Shown piece by piece: positions 45,721-56,000 of a stretch of 64,000 nucleotides of DNA. The DNA is from an uncultured Eubacteriales bacterium (GTDB taxonomy: Bacteria; Bacillota; Clostridia; Christensenellales; Aristaeellaceae), in contig CADBZH010000011.1 of assembly GCA_902799045.1 (NCBI GenBank), positions 118,434 to 182,433 on the forward strand, given 5' to 3'. The position numbers were made by a program, and so were the translations under genes. Below the pieces are notes generated by a model. The model searched no databases, was not told where the DNA came from, and saw nothing but the letters and a program-made list of their open reading frames with translations. Each line of letters begins with the position of its first letter. Position 1 is the first letter of the stretch.

Positions 45721-45842
45721 TAGAGTGTGTTTCTAAAGTCGAGGATGTGCAGTTTCGAGGGTATCAGGCTGCATTTCAAGGCGCTTTTCCGAAGGCTTAC
45801 TGGCTGCAAGTCGAGACACACTCTAATATCATGTTTTCCTCC
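45721..45842 (-). promoter_or_regulatory. Candidate cat translation-attenuation leader: SD + 11-codon ORF (MILECVSTCSQ, 45832-45797) + long-range stem abutting the cat ATG
   Basis: GGAGG (45842-45838) 5 nt before ATG 45832. Stem arms are 45825-45813 and 45733-45721 (10 bp, one mismatch, 2 bp). The 3' arm ends 2 nt before the cat start. Confidence 0.5.
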
Positions 45843-46048
45843 GCGGGATATCCCCTGTTGGCGCTCCTTCGATCCTGAAACAGCGCGGCAGGAGCGCCCT
45901 TTCGCCGCCCGCCATAAGCCTTCCCCCGGGGAAGGCGGCCGCACGTCGCGCCGACGGATGAGGCCGTTAGCCCATGTGACGCGCTTGCGTGCCGAGGCGG
46001 ACGCCGCAACGGCGCTCCTGCTGTCGGGTTATCCGCTATGTGCAGTTG

Positions 46049-47302
46049 TTACGCCATCGGCTCCGCCTTCACCTTGGCCAAGCGCACGAAGCGCGGCAGG
46101 CTGTTCTCCTTGGGCAGCTGGGTCTCGCCCTGGATCAGCGGCAGCGCATAGTCGATGAAGTCCTGGGTCAGGCCGTCGCCGGTCTCGTTGATCCACTCGA
46201 CGGGCACCTTCTTCTCGGTGTTGGCCACGTCGGTCAGGTTGAACAGCTTGATGTTGCAGACGTACTTGCCGTCCACATAGGTGCGCTCGAAGCCCACCAT
46301 CTTGTCGGTGATGCCCGCGACGGCGTTCTCCACGGCGGCCTTGCCGGCGGAGAAGCTCTCGTCGATGTCGGTCTGGCTGGCGCAGTGGGCCGCGCAGCGC
46401 TGCAGCAGGCTCAGCTCGATGCCGCGCACCTTCGCGCCGGTCTCGGCCTTCAGGTGATTGGCCAGGAAGGAGGCCAGGCCTCCCAGCTGGGTGTGGCCGA
46501 AGGCGTCCTTGGCGGCGTTCGCGCTGCCGTACTCGCTGATGAACTTGCCATCCTTGTCATGGATGCCCTCGGACACCACGACCAGGCACTTCTTCTGCCT
46601 GGCATAGATCGCCTTCACCTTCTCGGTGAACGCGGCCAGGTCGAAGTCCTTCTCGGGCAGGTAGATCAGGTCGGCGCCGTCCCCGGCGAAGCCGGCCAGC
46701 GCGGCGGCGGCGGTCAGCCAGCCGGCGTGACGGCCCATGCACTCCACGACGGTGATCATGCCGGTGTCATACACGGTGGAATCGCGATACACTTCCATCA
46801 CGGAGGTGGCGATGTACTTGGCGGCGGAGGCGAAGCCCGGGCAATGATCGGTGCCGTACAGATCGTTGTCGATGGTCTTCGGAATGCCCATCACGCGGCA
46901 CTCATAGCCGTTCTTCAGCATGAACTTGCTGATCTTGTTGCAGGTATCCATGCTGTCGTTGCCGCCGTTGTAGAAGAAATAGCGCACGTTGTACTTCTTG
47001 AAGATCTCCAGGATGCGCTTGTAGTCGGTGTCGTCCTCGTCGGGATCGGCCAGCTTGTAGCGGCAGGAGCCCAGCGCGGAGGAGGGGGTGTATTTCATAT
47101 AGGCAAGCTCCGTGGGATCCTCCTTGCCCATGTCGATCAGGTCGTCGTCCAGCACGCCCTTGATGCCGTGCAGCGCGCCCAGCACCTGGGTGATGTCCGG
47201 GTTCTCCAGCGCGGTCTTGATCGCGCCGTAGGCGGAAGCGTTGATGACGGCGCTGGGGCCGCCGGACTGACCGATGATACATGCGCCTTTCAGCTGGCTC
47301 AT
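46049..47302 (-). CDS. pfp: 6-phosphofructokinase, probably PPi-dependent (diphosphate--fructose-6-phosphate 1-phosphotransferase)
   Basis: 417 aa; GGPSAVINAS, GGNDS (instead of GGDGS) and PKTIDND motifs. Confidence 0.8.
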   Translation of the reverse strand: MSQLKGACIIGQSGGPSAVINASAYGAIKTALENPDITQVLGALHGIKGVLDDDLIDMGKEDPTELAYMKYTPSSALGSCRYKLADPDEDDTDYKRILEIFKKYNVRYFFYNGGNDSMDTCNKISKFMLKNGYECRVMGIPKTIDNDLYGTDHCPGFASAAKYIATSVMEVYRDSTVYDTGMITVVECMGRHAGWLTAAAALAGFAGDGADLIYLPEKDFDLAAFTEKVKAIYARQKKCLVVVSEGIHDKDGKFISEYGSANAAKDAFGHTQLGGLASFLANHLKAETGAKVRGIELSLLQRCAAHCASQTDIDESFSAGKAAVENAVAGITDKMVGFERTYVDGKYVCNIKLFNLTDVANTEKKVPVEWINETGDGLTQDFIDYALPLIQGETQLPKENSLPRFVRLAKVKAEPMA

Positions 47303-47419
47303 TGTGATTCATTCCTTTCAAAGTCGATGTATTGTTTCCGCGCGGAAGCCCTCCGCGCACACACGATCAATATAGCATAAAACCCGTCGCCTGTCTGACT
47401 CGCTGACGTTAAATCTGGG

Positions 47420-47543
47420 CTCTTCACGGAAACTTGGGAAAACGGGACGAGGGAACTTGCAGGTTTTCTCTTACGATGCGGTTCTCTGGCGGCATGGCAA
47501 GCCGCCTGCATTTCGCTCATTCCACAGGTTTCCATGATGAACC
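47420..47543. repeat. C-type inverted-terminal element
   Basis: Left CTCTTCACGGAAACTTGGG...; right arm GCATTTCGCTCATTCCACAGGTTTCCATGATGAACCC is the reverse complement of the C consensus. Confidence 0.8.
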
Positions 47544-47878
47544 CAAATCCATGTCCGTCGCCAATTTCATTCCTGCTGAAAAGAATTGCGTCCGGCATCC
47601 TCCCCGGGCCACTGGTTTTTCGCCGGCCAGCGCCTCCGCGCCGCGCCCAAAGCCCAAAATGTGACGGCCCTCTTACGGAAATGTGCCCGAAATCAGACAG
47701 ATTGCATAAATTGTGAGATATACAGCTGCATATTCGATGCATATATTCATTTGTTTTCACAATGCAACGCAGGATTTGCAGGAAAAATGTCGTATAATTA
47801 TTAGCATATGCAATGCATATACAGCGACCGAAGCACATATAATGTATCACAGTACCGACCATCGGGAGGGTGAAATCC

Positions 47879-48394
47879 ATGGAAAACGTGAAGTCAGGCC
47901 TGCGCGATTTTTCGGCGCTGAGCGCTCGAAAAAAGGCGATCCTGGTCGCCTGTGCCGCCGTCATGCTCGCGCTGCTCATCGCTCTTTGCATATCCATCAA
48001 TATGCGTTCGAATATACAGCGCGAATATACACAGGCCCGCGACGCCGCGGGCGAGGCGCTGTATTCGAACCTGTACATACTGATGCAGACCTTCGACATG
48101 ACGAGCGTCCCCAACACCGACGTGCAAAACGTCATACTGCCGCAGATGCGGGAATACTACATCGCTTCGGTCACGCTGAACAACCTGATCACCCAGACCT
48201 ACGGCCCGCGCTACACGGTGCTCACCGAGACCGACATCAGCAACCTCACCGCTGCCTTCACGGCCTATGAGACCGCCTATCGCAACAGTGCCCCCACCGA
48301 CCTGGCCCAGAGCAACATGCGCGCCTGCATGGATCGCATCAAGGAGCTGCTGAACACCCGCTACAGCCAGGGCGTGCTCCGCGCGGGGCGCTGA
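47879..48394 (+). CDS. Hypothetical membrane-anchored protein
   Basis: Start ATG 47879, 9 nt after GGGAGG; one N-terminal TM helix; no recognised domain. Confidence 0.55.
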   Translation: MENVKSGLRDFSALSARKKAILVACAAVMLALLIALCISINMRSNIQREYTQARDAAGEALYSNLYILMQTFDMTSVPNTDVQNVILPQMREYYIASVTLNNLITQTYGPRYTVLTETDISNLTAAFTAYETAYRNSAPTDLAQSNMRACMDRIKELLNTRYSQGVLRAGR

Positions 48395-48509
48395 CCGGAC
48401 GCAGGGAGCGGCACATCGCACAGAGCCGGCGGATTGATCCAACGCAATCCGCCGGCTTTCCACAGAGAACCCAAAAGGGTTCCCCCAACCAACGCATACA
48501 CGCAAAGGC

Positions 48510-48641
48510 CCGGATCGCCACACCCTTCTGATTTCCCCGCAATGACGTTTACGTTCGCGCTTTGTCGCGCGTCATTGCGAGGCCGAAGGCCGTGGCGATC
48601 CGGGTCTCTTTGCGCGGGGGCGGCGCTTCGCCGCCCCCGCT
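48510..48641. repeat. B(-)/B(+) pair followed by a 12-bp perfect GC hairpin (GCGGGGGCGGCG-CTT-CGCCGCCCCCGC)
   Basis: B(-) 48510-48547, B(+) 48571-48603, hairpin about 48613-48640. Confidence 0.85.
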
Positions 48642-48656
48642 GTCGCTTCGCATCGC

Positions 48657-50636
48657 TCAGAACTGGATCCCCGCGACGATCTGGCCGATGGTCTCCATGT
48701 CCAGGTTCGCGCCGTAGATGTTCAGGTTGCAATAGACGTCGTTCTCCAGCAGGTTGATGGACACGTCGCCGTCGCCAAAGTCGGTGACGTCGATCTGCCG
48801 GCCCTCGACGGGCGTGATGTCGCCGTTCTCGCCGACCACATAGCTCGTCGGCGTGCTGCCCGACTCGTAGAAGTACACATAGCACATGCCGCCCGCGCCA
48901 TTGGTGAAGGTCATGCTCACCGAATCAAAGGCGGTGTCCACGTCGCTCTGCTCCAGCGCCCAGCCCTCGGGCAGCCAGGTCAGCTGCGGCTCGTTGAAGG
49001 CCAGGACGCCGTCGTCCTCCGGCTCCTGATACTCATAGTCGCCGGTCTCCTCGCCCTCGAAGCTGTCGTCGCTGTAGTCGTAGGCCTCGACCTGCGCCTG
49101 TCTCATCGCGGCGAACAGGCCCACCAGCTTCTGCACGCTCTCGTCGGCCGTCAGGGCCTGCGCGTCGGACATCAGGGAGCCGTAGACCTGCATCAGCGCG
49201 GCCTGGAAGTTCTGATCCTGCTGCAGGTTGGCCATGGCCTCCTGGGACAGGTCGTCGATGGTCAGGGCCGCCTCATGGCCGGTGGCCAGGTCACCCAGCT
49301 CGCCGGTCTGAACGTCCACGTCGAAGGACACGCCCAGGGTCGCGCCGTTGCTGGTCATGGAGAACGCCACACTGTTGCTGGAGGTGCCGTCGGCGCTGCT
49401 GGTGCCGTTGTTCTGCAGCGAGGCATTCATGCCGGGAGCGACGGGCTCAACGCCCTTGGACTCAAAGTTGAAGGCAAAGCTGTGGGTGCCGTCGCCGGTC
49501 TCCTCATCCACGGTATTGCCGGCGGTCATGGACATGTTGCCAATGGTTTCGCCGTCCTGGAAAATGTTCATGATCACGTCCATGCTGATGTCATTCTCGC
49601 TCTCGGAATGGCCCGTCATGGTCATGTCGAAGCCCGCGTTCTGGCCTTCGGCGTTCACCTCATACTGGCACTGGACGCTGGTATCCTTCAGATCGCCCAC
49701 CTTGCTGGTGGAGATGTTCATCTCGATCGGGGCAATCTGCACGTCCGCCGGAACCTCGGCTTCGCCGTTCTGCGCCGCAATGTTGGCGATCATGCCGCTC
49801 ATGTCGATGGTCATCACGGCGTCCATGAGATCGACGACCTCGTCGTCGGACAGCTGCTCGGTCACATCCATGGTCATGGCCATGCCGGTCTTGCTGAACA
49901 GATCCTGGAAGCTGGTCAGATTCTTCAGGCCGGACTCCTCGGGCATCAGGCTGTAGAGCTTGAACATGGCGTCGTAGTAGTTCTTCAGCACGTCGTTGGC
50001 GCTGAACACTTTGTCGCACAGCTCGGCCATCTGCTCGGAGGTGATGGTGTAGGTGTACGTGTTCAGGGCATACTCCGTGCCCTCGATATCCACGGTCACA
50101 GGCGTGCCCTCGCCCCGGTCGATAACCTCGGCGAAGATGGCATTGCCCTGGGCCTCCAGCTCCTTCTTGAACTCGGGATCCTGCACGGCGTTGAGCAGTC
50201 CGGTATAGGCGGGGATGAACTCCTGCATGATGAAGTTCATCACCTCGGCGTTCTCGCCGCCGGCCATCTGTGCCTGCATGGCCTCCATGGCCTGGTTGAG
50301 CTGCCCGGTCAGGGCTTCCAGCGCCTCGGCGGACACCTTCACGGCCACGTCGCTCTTCTCGAACAGGGCGGTGATGCCGGTGTCGTCCACGCCCAGCTGC
50401 ATCGGGAACAGCGATTCGTTGTTCACCTGCAGGCTCAGGTCGTACACGGCCTTTTCGCCGTTGGCATATGCCCCCAGCCACAGCGCGGGATCCAGGGTCA
50501 CGCTCTCGTCGTTGTATGTAATGTTGACATCGTGGATCACCATCATTCGCGAGGCTTCCGCGGGCTGCCCCTCGCCGCCGGCGCCGGTCAGCATCATGGC
50601 GAGGCTGATCAGGATCGCAAGGATACTCATGCTCAT
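48657..50636 (-). CDS. Secreted/anchored hypothetical protein with a C-terminal DUF4367-like domain, Met/Asp/Glu-rich
   Basis: N-terminal hydrophobic segment. The C-terminal LTWLPEGWALEQSD...MTFTNGAGGMCYVYFYESG pattern resembles DUF4367. Confidence 0.55.
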   Translation of the reverse strand: MSMSILAILISLAMMLTGAGGEGQPAEASRMMVIHDVNITYNDESVTLDPALWLGAYANGEKAVYDLSLQVNNESLFPMQLGVDDTGITALFEKSDVAVKVSAEALEALTGQLNQAMEAMQAQMAGGENAEVMNFIMQEFIPAYTGLLNAVQDPEFKKELEAQGNAIFAEVIDRGEGTPVTVDIEGTEYALNTYTYTITSEQMAELCDKVFSANDVLKNYYDAMFKLYSLMPEESGLKNLTSFQDLFSKTGMAMTMDVTEQLSDDEVVDLMDAVMTIDMSGMIANIAAQNGEAEVPADVQIAPIEMNISTSKVGDLKDTSVQCQYEVNAEGQNAGFDMTMTGHSESENDISMDVIMNIFQDGETIGNMSMTAGNTVDEETGDGTHSFAFNFESKGVEPVAPGMNASLQNNGTSSADGTSSNSVAFSMTSNGATLGVSFDVDVQTGELGDLATGHEAALTIDDLSQEAMANLQQDQNFQAALMQVYGSLMSDAQALTADESVQKLVGLFAAMRQAQVEAYDYSDDSFEGEETGDYEYQEPEDDGVLAFNEPQLTWLPEGWALEQSDVDTAFDSVSMTFTNGAGGMCYVYFYESGSTPTSYVVGENGDITPVEGRQIDVTDFGDGDVSINLLENDVYCNLNIYGANLDMETIGQIVAGIQF

Positions 50637-50906
50637 GTTTTTTCCTCCTTCTATGCTCGTGCGGGCCCCGGCCCGCGTTTTGGTACATTCTCATATTACC
50701 ACGAAAACGTCTCCGTTGCAACTCGATTCTCCCGAAAAGCGACGGTCGCGGTCCAAAATGTCGCTTTTCGACGCCCAAATCGCAACCGATGCGGTATTTG
50801 GACGCGCCGCCGGCGCGGAAGGTTGCGCCGCCGCGTAAAATTCACGCGTATTGCATAGTTATACATAAATGGCCGCCATTTTGCGCATATTTTTACATTT
50901 TTGGCA

Positions 50907-50935
50907 TTGCATTGGCCGCGCCCCTGCGCTATAAT
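50907..50935 (+). promoter_or_regulatory. Candidate promoter TTGCAT-17-TATAAT upstream of argF
   Basis: TTGCAT 50907-50912, TATAAT 50930-50935; AT-rich TGCATA/TACAT boxes just upstream. Confidence 0.5.
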
Positions 50936-50966
50936 GATGAAAAAATACGCAACTCGGAGGCGCGCT

Positions 50967-51950
50967 ATGAATCTCAAAGGCAGAAGCTTTCTCACTCTGA
51001 TGGACTTTACCCCCGCGGAAATCGAGGGGCTGCTGGATCTGGCGGCGGAGCTGAAGGCCAAGAAAAAGGCCGGCATCCCCCACGCCGATTTTGCCGGCAA
51101 AAACATCGCGCTGATCTTTGAAAAGACCAGCACGCGCACCCGGTGCAGCTTCGAGGTCGCCGGGCACGATCTGGGCATGGGCGTCACCTATCTGGACCCC
51201 TCCGGCTCCCAGATCGGCAAAAAGGAATCCATCGCGGACACCGCGCGGGTGCTGGGCCGCATGTTCGACGGCATCGAGTATCGCGGCTTCGGCCAGGAAA
51301 TCGTCGAGACCCTCGCCAAATACGCCGGCGTGCCCGTCTGGAACGGCCTGACCAACGAATTCCACCCCACCCAGATCCTCGCCGACTTCCTCACCATTCA
51401 GGAACGCTTCGGAAAGCTCGGGGGCGTGAAGCTGGTCTACATGGGCGACGCGCGCTACAACATGGGCAACAGCCTGATGGTGGGCTGCGCGAAGATGGGC
51501 ATGGATTTCGTTGCCTGCGCCCCGAAGAAATACTTCCCCAACCCCGGGCTCGTCGAAAAGTGCCGCGGCTATGCTGCACAGAGCGGCGCGACCCTGAGCT
51601 TCATCGAGGACCCGAAGGAAGCCGTGCGGGGCGCCCACGTGATCTACACCGACGTGTGGGTCTCCATGGGCGAGCCGGACGAGGTGTGGGTGGAGCGCAT
51701 CGCGGACCTGAAGCCCTATCAGGTGAACGCCGCGCTGATGGACGCCGCCGGCCCGGACGCCGTGTTCATGCACTGCCTGCCCGCCTTCCACGACCTGAAC
51801 ACCGGCATCGGCCGGAAGATCCACGAAAAGTTCGGCCTCACCGCCATGGAGGTCACCGACGGCGTGTTCGAAGGCCCCCGGTCCATCGTGTTCGACGAGG
51901 CTGAAAACCGCATGCATACCATCAAGGCCGTCATGGCGGCGACGCTGTAG
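50967..51950 (+). CDS. argF: Ornithine carbamoyltransferase
   Basis: Start ATG 50967 after GGAGG; STRTR, HPTQ and HCLP motifs. Confidence 0.92.
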   Translation: MNLKGRSFLTLMDFTPAEIEGLLDLAAELKAKKKAGIPHADFAGKNIALIFEKTSTRTRCSFEVAGHDLGMGVTYLDPSGSQIGKKESIADTARVLGRMFDGIEYRGFGQEIVETLAKYAGVPVWNGLTNEFHPTQILADFLTIQERFGKLGGVKLVYMGDARYNMGNSLMVGCAKMGMDFVACAPKKYFPNPGLVEKCRGYAAQSGATLSFIEDPKEAVRGAHVIYTDVWVSMGEPDEVWVERIADLKPYQVNAALMDAAGPDAVFMHCLPAFHDLNTGIGRKIHEKFGLTAMEVTDGVFEGPRSIVFDEAENRMHTIKAVMAATL

Positions 51951-51967
51951 TATAAAAGGGTGATAAT

Positions 51968-53023
51968 ATGTCCAAACGCTATCTAATCCTGGCCGACGGC
52001 ACCGTCTATGAGGGCGAGGGCTTCGGCGCGTCCGTCGAAGGCGTGGGCGAGCTGGTGTTCAACACCGGCGTGGTGGGCTACATCGAAACGCTCACCGACC
52101 CCAGCTACTTCGGCCAGATCGTGATGCAGACCTTCCCGGCCGTGGGCAATTACGGCATCATCGAGGAGGACTTCGAGGGCGAATGCCACGTCAAGGGCTA
52201 TGTGGTGCGCGAATGGTGCCGCGAGCCCAGCAACTTCCGCAGCCAGTACACGCTTGACGAATTCCTGAAAAACCACGGCGTGCCGGGCATCTGCGGCGTG
52301 GACACCCGCGCCGTCACCCAGCGCATCCGCGAGAGCGGCGTGATGAACGCCATGCTCGCGGATCGCGTGCCGGAGGACCTGTCCGCCCTCGGGGCCTACG
52401 CCGTCACCGGCGGCGTGGCGAAGACCTCCGCGAAGGCAGTCACGGTCTATCCCCCGAAGGGCGGGAAGGTCTGCGCCGTCACGCTGGTGGACTACGGCAC
52501 CAAGCGCAACATCGTCCGCGAGCTGTGCGCCCGGGGCTGCGAGGTGACGGTGGTGCCCGCCGACACGTCCGCCGAGGCCATCCTCGCCGCGAACCCCGAC
52601 GGCGTGATGCTGTCCAACGGCCCCGGCGACCCGGCGGAGAACACCGCCTGCATCGCCGAGATCAAAAAGCTGCTGGGCCGGGTGCCGCTGTTCGGCCTGT
52701 GCCTGGGCCACCAGATGATGGCCCTCGCCGCCGGCGGGCAAACCACCAAGCTCAAGTACGGCCATCGGGGCGGCAACCAGCCCGTCACCGACCTTGAGAC
52801 CGGCCACACCTACATCACCAGCCAGAACCACGGCTACGCCGTCGTCTCCGACAGCCTGCCCGTCGGCAAGGTGCGCTACGTCAACGCCAACGACTCGACC
52901 TGCGAGGGCGTGGACTACCCCGATCTGAACGCCTTCTCGGTGCAGTTCCACCCCGAAGCCTGCGCCGGTCCGAGGGACACGAGCGTTTTGTTTGACAGGT
53001 TTGTTGGGATGATGAAGGGCTGA
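51968..53023 (+). CDS. carA: Carbamoyl-phosphate synthase small (glutaminase) subunit
   Basis: 351 aa; GLCLGHQ catalytic Cys motif, HGGNQPV. Confidence 0.95.
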   Translation: MSKRYLILADGTVYEGEGFGASVEGVGELVFNTGVVGYIETLTDPSYFGQIVMQTFPAVGNYGIIEEDFEGECHVKGYVVREWCREPSNFRSQYTLDEFLKNHGVPGICGVDTRAVTQRIRESGVMNAMLADRVPEDLSALGAYAVTGGVAKTSAKAVTVYPPKGGKVCAVTLVDYGTKRNIVRELCARGCEVTVVPADTSAEAILAANPDGVMLSNGPGDPAENTACIAEIKKLLGRVPLFGLCLGHQMMALAAGGQTTKLKYGHRGGNQPVTDLETGHTYITSQNHGYAVVSDSLPVGKVRYVNANDSTCEGVDYPDLNAFSVQFHPEACAGPRDTSVLFDRFVGMMKG

Positions 53024-53078
53024 GAGTCCAAACTCCACACTCGCCAACCTGCCTTCCAGCGGAAAGGAAGTAAATGAT

Positions 53079-56000
53079 ATGCCACTGAACAAGTCCATCA
53101 AGAAAGTCCTCATGATCGGCTCCGGGCCCATCGTCATCGGCCAGGCGGCGGAATTTGACTATGCCGGCGCCCAGGCCTGCCGGGTGCTGAAGGCGGCAGG
53201 CGTGAACGTGGTGCTGGTGAACAGCAATCCCGCCACGATCATGACCGACAACGCCCTGGCGGACGAGATCTACCTGGAGCCGCTGACGGTGCAAACCGTA
53301 AAGCGCATCATCGAAAAGGAGAAGCCGGACAGCATGCTGGCGGGCCTCGGCGGCCAGACGGGCCTGACCCTGGCCATGCAGCTGGACAAGGAGGGCTTCC
53401 TCGCCGCCCACGGCGTGAGGCTGATCGGCACCAACGCCGACGCCATCGACAAGGCCGAGGATCGCCAGCTGTTCAAGGACACCATGCAGCAAATCGGCGA
53501 GCCGGTCATCCCGTCGGACATCGCCGGTGACGTGGACGCGGCCCTCGCCATCGCGGACAGGATCGGCTATCCCGTCATCATCCGCCCCGCCTTCACGCTG
53601 GGCGGCACCGGCGGCGGCGTGGCCCACGATGAAGCACAGATGCGCCTCGCCGCCCGCACGGGCCTGGACGCCTCCCCCATCACCCAGATTCTGGTGGAAA
53701 AGTACATCGCGGGCTGGAAGGAGATCGAGTTCGAGACCATGCGCGACGCCGTGGGCAACTGCATCGCCGTTTGCAGCATGGAGAACGTCGACCCCGTGGG
53801 CATCCACACCGGCGATTCCATCGTCGTCGCCCCGGCGCTCACGCTGTCCAACAAGGAATACCAGATGCTGCGCAGCGCCTCGCTGAACATCGTGGGCGCC
53901 CTGGGCATCGTGGGTGGCTGCAACTGCCAGTTCGCCCTGAACCCGGACAGCTTTGAATACGCCGTCATCGAGGTCAACCCCCGCGTCAGCCGCTCCTCCG
54001 CCCTGGCCAGCAAGGCCACCGGCTATCCCATCGCGAAGGTCACCACCCAGATCGCCCTGGGCTACACGCTGGACGAGATCAAGAACGAGATCACCGGCAA
54101 GACCTGCGCCTGCTTCGAACCGGCGGTGGACTACATCGTCGTGAAGTTCCCCAAGTGGCCCTTCGACAAGTTCACCACCGCCTCCCGCAGACTCGGCACC
54201 CAGATGAAGGCCACCGGCGAGGTGATGAGCATCGCGCCCACGTTTGAGATGGCCCTGATGAAGGCCGTGCGCGGCGCGGAGATCAAGCTGGACACGCTGA
54301 ACAAGCCCGCGAGCGACGATCGGCCCGTGCTCGAGCGCCTGGCCGACGGCGACGACAACCGCATTTTCACCGTGTTCGAGGCCATCAAGGCTGGCGTCGC
54401 CATCGACGCGATCCACGCCATCACGAAGATCGACCGCTGGTTCCTGTACAAGCTGAAGCACCTGGCGGACTTCGAGGCGAAGATCGCGGGCGGCCTCACC
54501 GACGAGGACTATCGCCTCGGCAAGCAGCTGGGCTATCCGGACGCCGCCCTCGCCCGCCTCTCCGGCAGGAAGGACCTGCCGAAGTGTTCCTCCACCTACA
54601 AGATGGTGGACACCTGCGCCGCGGAGTTCGACGCCGAGACCCCCTATTTCTACGAGACCTTCGACGCCGCCTGCGATTCCCGCGGCTTCCCCCGCAGCGG
54701 AAAGCCCGTCATCATGGTGCTCGGCTCCGGCCCGATCCGCATCGGCCAGGGCATCGAGTTCGACTATTCCAGCGTGCATTGCGTGTGGACGCTGAAGCAG
54801 CTGGGCTACGACGTGGTGATCGTCAACAACAACCCGGAGACGGTCTCCACCGACTATGACACCGCCGACCGCCTCTACTTCGAGCCGCTGACCGACGAGG
54901 ACGTCATGCGCATCATCGAGGTGGAGAAGCCCGTGGGCGTGGTGGTGGCCTTCGGCGGCCAGACCGCCATCAAGCTCACCCAGCATCTGGACCGGGCGGG
55001 CGTCAGGATCCTCGGCACCAGCGCCGAGGGCATCGACATCGCCGAGGACCGCGAACGCTTCGACGCACTGCTGGAGCAATTCAGCATCCGCCGCCCGAAG
55101 GGCATGGGCGTGCGCACGCTCGACGAAGCGCTGAACGCCGCGAACGCGCTGGGCTATCCGGTGCTGCTGCGGCCCAGCTATGTCATCGGCGGCCAGAACA
55201 TGACCATCGCCCACGACGATCACGACGTGACCACCTACATGAACCGCATCCTCTCCGGCGGCATCGAAAACCCGGTGCTGGTGGACAAGTACATGCCCGG
55301 CGTGGAGCTGGAGGTGGACGTCATTTCCGACGGCACGGACGTGCTGATCCCCGGCATCATGCAGCACGTGGAGCGCGCCGGCGTGCACAGCGGCGATTCC
55401 ATCGCCGTCTACCCGCCCTTCAGCCTCGACGACGCCATGATGGACACCGTGGTCAGGAGCAGCGAAAAGCTGGCCCTGGCCCTGGGCACGAAAGGCCTGG
55501 TGAACATCCAGTACCTGGTCTATCACGGCGAGCTCTACGTCATCGAGGTCAACCCCCGCGCCTCGCGCACCATCCCCTACATCTCCAAGGTCACCGGCGT
55601 CCCGATGGTGGACCTGGCCAGCCGCGTGATGATCGGCCAGCCCCTGAAGGGCCTCGGCTACGGCACGGGCCTGTACAAGACCCCGCCCTACTGCGCCGTG
55701 AAGGTGCCGGTATTCTCCTTTGAAAAGCTCTCCGACGCCAACAGCTATCTCGGCCCGGAGATGAAGTCCACCGGCGAGGTGCTGGGCATCGGCAAGAACC
55801 TGTCCGAGGCGCTGTTCAAGGGCCTGGTCTCCTCCGGCATCCACCTGCCCCTCCCCGGCGAGAGGACGGGCGTGTTCATCTCCGTGGATGAGTACGACTA
55901 CCTGGAGGTCGTGGATGTGGCCCGCCGCTTCAGCGACCTGGGCTGCGCCCTCTACGCCACCGAGGGCACCGCCGAGACCATCCGCACCCTGGGCATCCCG

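Noticed and set aside
47299-48135. 278-aa minus-strand ORF spanning the pfp upstream region
   Set aside because: It runs through a repeat element and an AT-rich promoter block, and is antisense to the SD-supported 47879 gene. The sequence is Cys/Ser/Arg-rich with no domain.
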